Assembly: GCA_050273025.1 (NCBI GenBank)
Contig: CP158635.1
Location: forward strand, 17,670,001 to 17,734,000
Reading direction: 5' to 3'
Source of the DNA: Cenococcum geophilum
Lineage: Eukaryota
DNA: 64,000 nucleotides
Below, one piece after another: positions 54,001 to 64,000 of this stretch. A program made the translations under genes and the position numbers. Each line of letters begins with the position of its first letter. The first letter of the stretch is position 1. The notes below the pieces were generated by a model. The model made no database searches, was not told where the DNA came from, and saw only the letters and a program-made list of their open reading frames with translations.

Positions 54001-57000
54001 TTAGTTCGCTTTTTATCTTTAATATACTATAGACACATATTCTCTAGACATTCCCACCACTATTATCTATCTAGGCATTCTTCCGTAAGGAATCTTCCTA
54101 GTTAAAGTATTAAGTCCCCTTAGCTTTATACTTCTACTAAATACTAACCATATATATATTTAGCATTTCTATATTTCGCCTTATTTAACAACCAGTGTAT
54201 TTTCACTAGGTACTTCTAGTTCTTGTCCTTTAGTGCTCTATATATATTATATATATTATTTATATACGCAATCTATGCCAATATATAATATGCTTAGTGT
54301 TTTAGGTTAACTCTTAGCTCGTCTTCGTCCTTAAGTTTAAACCTCTCTTGTGTTAATCTAAGCGTTATAACTTCGTTTACAGGTACTATAATTTGCCTCT
54401 TACTTCTCTAATCCTCTAATCGCTCCTCTAAATCCTTTAATATTATAATTAAGGCTCCTTTAATATAACTTATAGCCTTTTCTATAATCGGGTGGTTTTA
54501 GATAACTTTTTCATCCAACTATATATAGAAATCTTCCCACTTATTATTGTGTCGTTGCCTATACCACTTTTAGTACAGCTACTAAAGTGTATACGGCTTA
54601 TTTATAAGGAAGTATCTTCTTATTACTATATCGTGACAGCCCTTAGTGTGTTATTCCTTAAACTTAGTTAGAATCCCTAGATCCTCTTCTTATTCCAATT
54701 CGGTAAGCCACTTAGCTCTTAGTATACCTGCCCTAGGCCTATTAGTAATCCTTTATACGGGTATTCTGTCCCTTATATAACCTAGTATACTAGATCTCTT
54801 GTCTAGTTTCTAATCTTGCTATACAATAATTCTTTGTCTAAATTCTTCTATAGTTTCCTTAGGTTTATATCTTGCGCTTAGATCCTTAAAGTTGTCTTAC
54901 TTCTTAATCTTAGTATTAACTTTTCAATCTTTAGGCCAAATACTGCGTCCTCTTAGTAAGTCTTCTAGGTCTATATATCTGTCTTCTAGTCTAATTACTA
55001 TTTATACTGCAGATTCTCTAATCTATAAAGAAGCTCCTTGCCTCTTACTTATAGGTGTCCTAATTCGTACCCTAAATTCTTGGTCCCTTAGATTCTTTAA
55101 TTTTAAGCTTATTAGTATTCTTATCTCGTCTTAAGAGTCTTAAATCTTACTTATCTCGTCTTAAGAGTCTTGTGCCTGTGGGAAACTCTATCCCAAGCTT
55201 ATTTATATATCTTTAAACTAAGCTACTACTCTGCTCCATCGGTTTCTATCCATTATAGGTCCTTAAGCTTACCTTATCTCGTCTTAAGAATCTTAGTTGT
55301 CTCTCATCTTATCTTAAGAATCTTAAGCCTTTGGCCTTTTGCCTTTATTAAGTGCCGAAGTGGTTCGCTATCCTACTTCTCTTACGTCTCGTAAAGCGAT
55401 AGATATTATATCTAGTGGGGTCTTAATCCCTACTAATGTTCCCTATTCTGTAGTAGAATTATCCTTTACCTCTATTATAACATCTTTAATAGCTATATAT
55501 TCCTAGTAAACCGCTTCTATTACCTTATTATTACGGAATATTTTACCTACGTTAAATTTATTGTCCTTAATGTCTAATCTGCGAACTAGTTTATTGGTTC
55601 CTCTATACTTTATAGATTTTGGCTCCTATAGCCAATAGCTTACGCCGTACTTAGCGTCTTCATAAATTCGGCATACGTTGTTATAATAAAACACAAAACT
55701 TCTAATTAAACATTCCTTTGTTCCTCGCAGTACACTATTATCCCTCTATACGTGTATGTCGTCTGCTATTAGTCTTATCCCCTTTATTATATAGTAACTC
55801 TAACTATCTTTATAATCCCTTATAAAGTAACCTTGTTTCCTATAATTTATATAAGCTCCGTCCTTAAACCACTAACTTTACTATAGAGTCCGCCTAAACG
55901 TCTTCTGCTACTAAGATCCCTGGTTTAGCCTCTACTCCTTAGTCCTATAATCACTAAATTCTTAACCTCTAGGTTTCTATAGTTTCTTACTCCATCTCTT
56001 ATAGGCTTCTTTAGTACCACTTAGGTCTATTAGCTCTGCGCCATACCATAGTTTCTAACTTAGCTTTAGTTGTTACGTACTCTACGTCTTATATAACTAT
56101 AAAACTCTATCCTAACCTCTCTTAGTTTGTTCCCTTTAGTAGATCCAATTATTAATCTTAATTGCTTAATCTATTAGTTCCCTTAGGGTATCCATATCTT
56201 CCATTAGGATAATCATGTCCTAGACTTTAGCCTTAAGTCCTTACTTATACTATGCCATAAGCGCCCTATTATTCCACTCTACTTATATCACCAGCGTCTA
56301 AAACTGCGTTGTATATTTAATTGCTAAGGTTCGTTATATAATATCTTAGAGTTTTCTTTCCGCCGTAGTTACTACCTTTAGGTCTTTAAACATTTGCGTA
56401 AGTCGTTCTACAAATCCGTTCTAGCTTAAAAACATAAACCGTACCTCTTAGTTTATAATTATCATTCCATTTGCCTAGATTTCTGTAAGGTAAGGCTTAA
56501 ACCATTTAAGTGCTCTTCCTATTAGAAACAATCCTGTATACGCTATTTAATCCATAGGTATTGCCAGCTTGGCTCCCTCCTACGCGACCTTAAAGTGCAT
56601 CTACGTAAGGAATCCTTTAAGCTTTAATCTCTCTCCTAAGAATCTTTTGATTAATAGTAACTTAACCTTTACTACGCCTATCCCGTTAATCCTAGTTTTA
56701 AATACTGCGTTATTTTCTGTTAACTAGTTAACTATCTCTTATAGTTACCCGACCGTTATAGGTTGCTATAAGTTAGTGTCCGCTATACTAGTGTCACCTA
56801 ACCTTAAAGTAGTTGCCGCCGTCAATAGCGTTATGGTGGCTGCTTTTAGTGGCATGTTATTTAACTTTCTATATTTATTTCTATAACTAGGTAGTAATTA
56901 TATAACGGAACCTTATAGCAAGAACTACGGTGGGCTTATTATTAGGCTAGGTATATAGGTGAAGCAAATTAAAGTTAACAACGTAATAATAACTGGTGGA

Positions 57001-59308
57001 GTAGTTGCCTAATAGATTAACTCTAATTATATTCTAAGAATTACTATAAAAAAGGAACTATCTAGGTAGGGACTAAGGGTCCTTAAATATACAACCATAC
57101 TCCTATAAAATCCTTCTTATACGTAATATACGTGTGCTCTGTCTACTCTATTACAAATTATATAGATTATATAGATTACATAGATTACATTATATAACCT
57201 TAGTTACTATTCCTCGTTATATAGTTCTATCGGCTCCATCCTAGACCGTGCTTATATTAACCAACTAGCTTCTTCCAACTCTTCCCCAAGTAGTTATAAC
57301 ATCGTACTTAAAGCGTCCGTAATAGCTAAAACCGTAGCTAACCACGAAAATAATTTATAGTGGTTAAGATCTTATAGAACTTTAACCGCCGGTTAAAGTT
57401 ATTTAATTAGTTAGTTTTTCTGCCAAGAAGCGCTATATAGTAGCGGTATAGAGTTCTGCTAACTTTATTTGTTAAACTAACTAATTAGGATTTTCTATAC
57501 CCGGTATAGAAAATCGCTATTAGCTTAGTTAAGAGCGGTAAGTAAAAGTAATATCTTTATAGTAGGAATAAGTTATTTAATTTAGGGACTAAACTTTTTA
57601 GGGAGGGGAGTACTATTATGGCACTAACCTAACGTATATTGTTTTATACTGTCTTATACTATCTTATACTATTTCCTACTATTAACTAGCCTACCACTAG
57701 CGCCTTAGCGGCTAGCCCTACTATTTATATATAATACCCCCTTTTACCTTCTTCTCCTCTTTATACCACAACGTAGTTATTTAATCTACTTTATTACAGC
57801 ACTATAATAATAGGTAAGTTATAAGTACGTACAAGTTAGGTATCTATAAATTAGTTAATAGCTCCGCAGTTAATTATAGAACGGCTTTTATATTATTTTA
57901 TAGCAGTAGTTCCTATTATAGGTAAAACTATCTATTTCCATCTATTTATCTTTACTAAGTTATTTATTATATAGGCCGATATATAGATCCCTCTATTATT
58001 AGGGCGTCCTAACCTATAACTTAGGGCTAGGACTTAGCATTTTCCACTTCCGTATCTAATTCTACTACTATTACTATATCTTCATCTTATATGGTAGTGG
58101 CGTATAGTAACATATTTAGTGTTTGGGGTATTAGGTTAGGTATTAGGCGGTAAGTACTAAACCTAGCTATTAGGCAGTTTAGGTTATTATAATAATAGCT
58201 TTCTTAATAGCATCTATAGCAGCATTCTAGTTTTTAGAGTAGCTTGCGCTCTCTATCTAGGAGTTTTTACGGAAAGGTTAGTATAGAAAGGTTAATATTA
58301 GCTTTAGTGGTACTTAAGGTAGTAGGCGTTAGTGGCTTAGTATATATAGGTTTAGTAGGCCTAGAGGGCTTTTATAGAGAGGTCTTTAAGTAAGGGTTAG
58401 TAGTAGCAATTTAATTTAGTTATTGTTTAATCTTCTATAGGGCTGCTACCATTTTATAAATATCGTTATAGTTATAGCTAGCGGCTGCGTAACTAAGGCG
58501 ATAAGTAACTTTTTTTTAAGGAAATCCTCTTAGTCTTTAGTATTGTCTTAGGTAAGGGCTCTAGTATATTCCTAGAATTTAATATAAAACTTATTAAATA
58601 ATTTAGTAGGGCTTATCTTTAGGGCACGTAGTTTAGCTTAGTTAGTGGCTAGTAGGTTATAGTCACGGTATATTAGGTTAAGATTATTAAGGACTTTTTA
58701 GTAAAACTACCACTTCTAGGGGCTATTAGTCTCCTATTAGGCGAAGAGTCTATTAAATAGTATACCCTTTATTCGCCCAATAATGTAGCTAATCTTAGTA
58801 TCTTTTATAGGAAAAAGGCAGGCGCTCTAAGTTAGTTTTTTACGGATTTATATCTTCTAGTAGCTATATTCCTTACAGTCTTCTTAAAAGACTAAGGGAT
58901 TAGGGTAGCGTATATTAAACCCTACGGTAGCAGTTTAGGTCCAATTATTATGGCTTTTATTATTACTACTTTAGTAGAGGTTCCTATTAGGTAAAGCTAC
59001 TTAGCGCTAACCCTCTATTAAGTATTAAGTAGGTAAAGTTACCGGGGGCGTAGAGACTTAGGTGGCGTTATATATAGTAAAGAGATATCTAGCGTTATTA
59101 TAAATATGCTTATTAAGCTAAGATAATAGGTATTTAATTATACTTTCTTTTTTTAGTAACTATAGCAATTAGTATAATCTTATTCTTCTTTAACTATTAG
59201 ATATCGCGTTTAGATACATAGAGGTCGTCTTTAGTTTTTTAACGTATGTTATTGGCGAGCGCCTTATAAGCTTATAGGTCTTAAATAATATCGCGATCTT
59301 AGGTAGTA

Positions 59309-61143
59309 ACGTGTTCCACCACTCCCCGGTCCACACCAGTCCTCAGACCACCCCACTAAAATTGTCGTGCCCCCCCGTACAATTGCTCCCATGGCATCAC
59401 CACAGCACCCTCAATCTGCCCAGAAACAGGGTAGGCTTCTTCTTGCATCTCAATCGCTTTAAAAAAAATCAAATTATAAGTAAGCGCAAAGCTGCAGCGT
59501 TGTATAATATTCCAAAAACAACGCTTTAACGCCGCTTTTAACACGTCCCTACTATCTAAGAGTTTAATTTATAGAAACGCAAGCTACAGCTATCTAAAGA
59601 GCAGGCACTTGTTTAGTGGATCCTAGACCTTAACCAACGAGGATTTCCACCCTAGATTATCGACGTACGACGAATGGCAGACACTTTACTCGCGGCATGC
59701 GGCTAGGATCCTTCCCCCTAGCCAGTTGGCAAGAACTGGGCACCCTGCTTTATAAACACCCAGCTAGAGCTATAGATAAAGTGGAATTAAAAGTTCTATT
59801 TATAGCGCGCGAAATGCGAGGATTTAGATATAATTAACGTGTGGTTTAAGCGCGTTAATAAGACGCGTTAGTTATACGGTATACTTAACGAAGATACCTA
59901 CAACTTTAATAAGACTGGGTTTATAATAGGTATAGCTATAACATTAAAAGTAGTTACAAGCTCTAATATAGTGGGCCGAGCAGTCGTTATATAACTAGGT
60001 AATCGCGAATAGGTAATAGTAATTAAGGGAGTTAACGCCTCTGGCTGGGCAATCTTGCCTTTTATTATCCTTCTAGGGAAGGTCCATTAATTAAATTGGT
60101 ATCGACATCTACCTACTGACTGGGTAATTGCTGTTAGTAATAATGGCTAAATAATAGATTAGCTAGGTTATAAATGGATTAAACACTTTAATATATATAT
60201 AGAGTCTTATATAAAGGGAGCCTACCATCTACTTATCCTTAATAGCTATAGCAGCCATATAATACCTAAATTTAACTAGTACTACGTAGCAAATAAGATT
60301 ATCACGCTTTATATGCCTGCATATATATTATATTTTCTTTAGCTACTTAATATAAGCTACTACTCCCCTCTAAAGCGCTTATATGGCTAAGAGGTTTAAG
60401 AGCTTACCCGCTAAGGAATCCACTATATTAATAAAGAAGACTTCCTAGCTATATACTTAAAGATCTGGCGACTAGTATTTATAGACCAGAATATTAAGAG
60501 TAGATTTTAGGCTATAGGGCTTATACTATATAATCCTTAGCGCGTCTTATTGTCGCTTATAGTTACTAAAATACCTTCTCCGCTAGGCATAGCCAACGGG
60601 GCAGTACCTTTGTGGATATTAGAAACGCCGCATACTATAGCTTAGCTAGAGTAGTAGGCTAGGCTTATATAAGACCTCCTTTGACGCCAGTCCCAGAGTC
60701 TAACTAGTTAAGCAGTTAGTTAACTTATTAAGGGGTGCTAAATAGTAATGTATTTAGTTACTCTGCTTATAAAGGAGAATTTAGAGTTTTATATAGCTAA
60801 TTAACGTTAAATATAAAAGGAGCAGCACCGCCGAAGGTATATTGCATAGGGAGGCGCTCTATAGGCCTAATAGGGTTAGGCTCTAGTTAAGGGGTTAGAA
60901 AATAGGGAGTAGGAGGCTAATTAAAATTGGGCTGCTCTAGTATGACAATGAGCACCACTAACGTGTAGTAATTACTATATTTAGGGTTATATAAGGACTC
61001 GATACCCTAGTATATAGAGAAACTGCTAAACAAATTTTTAATTAAAATTATTTTGTTATGGTGGAGTAATTATATAAAGAAGTGCAACGATTTTAGTGAG
61101 GTGGTCTGAGGACTAGTGTGGACTGGGGAGTAGTGGAATATAT
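59309..61143 (+). mobile_element. Fot1/pogo-like Tc1/mariner DNA transposon, 1835 bp, RIP-degraded transposase (~59391-61029)
   Basis: ~60-bp TIRs starting ACGTGTTCCACCACTCCCC; TA TSD. HTH-like N-terminus (KRKAAALYNIPKTTL); de-RIPed YNFDETGF (~59899), LILDGHGSH (~60232), QPLDV (~60340); C-terminal CCHC. Confidence 0.93.
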
Positions 61144-61918
61144 TACGCATCTTAGCTTATATAAGCTTTAGGTAGTAGTTCTATAATAAGCGGTAGTATT
61201 TATTAGGGTTTTATACTACTATTTTTATAAACGTCTTAGCGTCTTATATTTTAATTTTAATAGGTAATAGCCCTTCTATTTACTTATCTGTAGTTATATA
61301 GTTAATAAAAGATAAGATATTATTAGTGTCCATCTCCTTAAGGATTAAGGCTAGGGCTAATAAATTAAATTCTCCTAGGATTAATTAGCGTTGTAGGTTA
61401 AGTATAGGTATTATATTATTCTTTAGGTCTAATATAGTAGCTAATAAGGAATATTATTTTACTATTATAGGTTTCTTAGAAGTATAAAGTAAGGTAATTT
61501 ATAAATACGATACTTTTAGTAATACCTACAGTATTATAAAGATATAGAATTAGTTGTAGGCTAAGCGTTAGTGGTAAAAAGGCGTAACATAATGTTATGG
61601 AATAGGGGCAGTAGCTATAGAGCGTATGTATTTAAGGAGTTTATAAAACGTTACGCAATTAATTATAAGGGTTAAGAGCGTAAGGAGGTAATATACCTAC
61701 GTGTAGCTGATATAAGCTATACGTAAGGTATATATAAGAGCACGGGGCTCTCCTATGGAGGCCCCTATGGTAGGGTTCCGTAACACTATCCATCTAACTC
61801 CTTCCTTTATAATTTTAATACTTATTACCTAATATTGTTACCTATAGCACTAGCGTTTATACTTCTATATTTATACCCACTCTAGCTATTACCTAGTCTT
61901 TTTTAGAGTAAATCTATC

Positions 61919-64000
61919 TGTTACGGGACACCCCCGTGACACCTTATATACGTCTACCTGTTTCCACCAACTTAGCAACTAGAGACTAACCACAAGACGG
62001 CAATTTGCGGCAATCTAACGGCAATCTGCCATATTCTGCTATATTCCGCCAAGTTCCACCAAATCCTACCAAGTTTTGCCAGGACCACTACCTAAATCCT
62101 ATTCTGCTTTGTGCATGTGTTGACTAAGCAACCAAGCTAACGATATATACCCTTTCTTCCCGTTTCCCTGCCTTCTCTCCTTATATAACGTCTTAACCTT
62201 ATTACATAGTTTATATATATAGCTTAATAGTATCTACTTTGCTATATATTATTACCGCTTATACTTACTCCGTGACACTACGTTGCGTTAACTACCTATA
62301 CTACCATTAAAATGCAGACCGAACCTAAAGCCCCTATAATAACCACCGGTATTATATCCGTACTCTAAGAATAATTAATAGAAATATAGAAGTCTTTTAT
62401 AGACGCCCTTATATAGAACTAAGCCACTTTAAATTAATAATAAGCCGAATAAGAAGCACGATACTAATAATTAATTGAGGACCTCTAAGAAGAAGTCCGC
62501 ACCCTTAAGATGCCTACGCTAGGACCTTAAGACTAAATACCGTCTCTAAAAATGAACACGCGGAACGCGAGCCCTAAACCCACAGTAGTTACTTACCCTA
62601 AACCGACTACTGCACTATAATAATCTAAACGACTACTAGACCCTTTGATATTTACTAGTAAATAATAAGAACTCCAATTATTTCTAAGCTAGCTTAAAAA
62701 TAAGCTAACTGGTAATGCTAACCGCTACCTAACTAAAGCTAACCGACTCTGCTACGCCCTAAGTTGACTAGAAGGAGACGCAGCTAACCTTATTAAACCC
62801 CTTTAACCGAACTTAATACTAAGTCTAGTTGTACTTCTTAAAGCTATATACAGTGACCTAAACCGCTAAGCTACTGCTTAGAGAAAGATAAACTATATAA
62901 CTTAAGGAACGAAAAGCTTTCTAGTATACTTCTCCGAATTTAACCGTTATATAAAGGAAATAGGCTGGAACGACTCCGTACTAATTAATAGCCTTATTAA
63001 ATCCTTAAGCTTTAAACTAAAAACCTCCCTAATAGGCGTAGACCTACTAGGAGCCCTTAATGCCTACGTAAACATTATTAATAAACAGTACAACGATATA
63101 CTACGCCTAATACCAAAGCCTGCCCCCTAATATAATACGGTAACCCCATAAACGTCCACTAAGTTATTATCTTAGCCTAAGCACCCTAACGCCATAGATA
63201 TTAACACTGGAATCCTAGATTACGCCCCACTAGGGTCCTTTAAATAAGAATAACGCCTTAAGCTAGGCCTCTGCTTTAAATACGGAAGGAAGGATTATAT
63301 CTTAAAATACTACCTTATCCCCCTACCTACGCACTAAAATAATCTACAAACGGCTAATACTAATAGCCGTTCACCGTATTAATCTTCTGGTTACCGTCTC
63401 TAATCTTTATCTAGTTTTAGCCCCACGTCTAGTAAGCACCATTTATAAGGACAAAGCTCCAACCGACGCTCTATAAGAACCCCGCCCTAATTACCTCTAA
63501 AAGGAAGGTCCTGGAGCTAAGTCGCTCTCCAGAACGGCTTTACCTTAGGATCTTATTAAACGCATTTAACGTTATAAACTCTAACTCTTAGGACCGTAGT
63601 ATAACTATTAACTACTGTCTTTAGCAGAATAGTTAATAGGCTAATACTTAAATTCTAATTAATATAGGAGCTAGCGGCATAGGATTTATTAATAAGATCT
63701 TTATATAAGATAATGGTTTTACCCTAACCCCCCTTAACCGGCATATTAATATATTTGGATTTAACGGCAAACGCACCGTCTTAGGCCGTATCACCCACGT
63801 GGCAGCCCTAAGACTCTAATACCTAAACCATAAAGAACTGATTAAGCTTTTTGTTACCACCTTAGGTTACCTAGTAATTCTTAAATAACCTTAGATAAAG
63901 CTATATAAGGTGACTATTAACTAGAATAACCTTAAGCTTCTATTTACCGCCTCTTGTTATAAGCAGAAGTGCCTTATAACTCGCTACCCTAACCCCAAAC
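61919..64000 (+). mobile_element. Gypsy LTR retrotransposon F (same family as B), 5' LTR 61919-62277, gag and protease, running off the right edge
   Basis: TG..CA LTR homologous to 9222-9571; gag with CCHC (CFKCG..DH ~63271); protease region ~63640-63920. Confidence 0.88.

Larger units (their letters stand above)
33221..57324 (-). mobile_element. Gypsy LTR retrotransposon E with chromodomain, nested in D
   Basis: 424-bp LTRs at 33221-33644 and 56901-57324; TSD GCCAA/GCTAA; PPT next to 33645. Chromodomain (WYEVKWTGY..TWEP) ~34410-34560; integrase/RH/RT/PR/gag 51098-56860 (VYFDD-like ~52860). Confidence 0.93.
15927..57809 (+). mobile_element. Gypsy LTR retrotransposon D (gag-PR-RT-RH-INT-chromo), nested in C
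   Basis: 196-bp LTRs at 15927-16122 and 57614-57809; TSD ATAGG at 15922-15926 and 57810-57814; PPT GGGAGGGGAG at 57601. Own segments: 16123-18337, 28040-29487, 30659-33220 (AYLDDV-like ~30681) and 57330-57613. Confidence 0.93.
11738..61785 (-). mobile_element. Gypsy LTR retrotransposon C, outermost container expanded to 50 kb by nested insertions
   Basis: 193-bp LTRs at 11738-11930 and 61593-61785; TSD CTATC at 11733-11737 and 61786-61790; polypurine tract next to 11931. Own sequence: integrase/RNase H/RT ~12150-15926 (AYLDD-like ~14765), protease/gag 57815-59308 and 61146-61592. Confidence 0.93.

Noticed and set aside
7567..64000. B and F as giant terminal inverted repeats of one element
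   Set aside because: Both are 5' halves of one Gypsy family with different flanks (AGAAC vs CTATC); independent insertions are the simpler explanation.

Overview
This is fungal (ascomycete-type) AT-rich heterochromatin made almost entirely of transposons degraded by repeat-induced point mutation (RIP; CpA>TpA and TpG>TpA, hence the flood of TAA/TAG). There is no intact gene, and the ORF track reflects chance or repeat-derived frames. Target-site duplications (TSDs) let the window be unpacked. A Gypsy element (11738-61785) holds a second Gypsy (15927-57809) and a Fot1/pogo. The second Gypsy holds a TIR element (containing two inverted Mutators, a solo LTR and a small non-autonomous LTR element), a SINE-like element and a third Gypsy (33221-57324). 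The third Gypsy holds SINE-like elements, a Tad1-like LINE with a nested Copia, and a SINE-LINE chimera. The most interesting signals are a modular family of structured ~1 kb non-coding retroposons, one fused to a LINE 3' end; palindromic cassettes shared between Copia and Gypsy 3' UTRs; and a transposase-free TIR element built from minisatellites. All protein motifs quoted are manual de-RIP reconstructions, not database hits.
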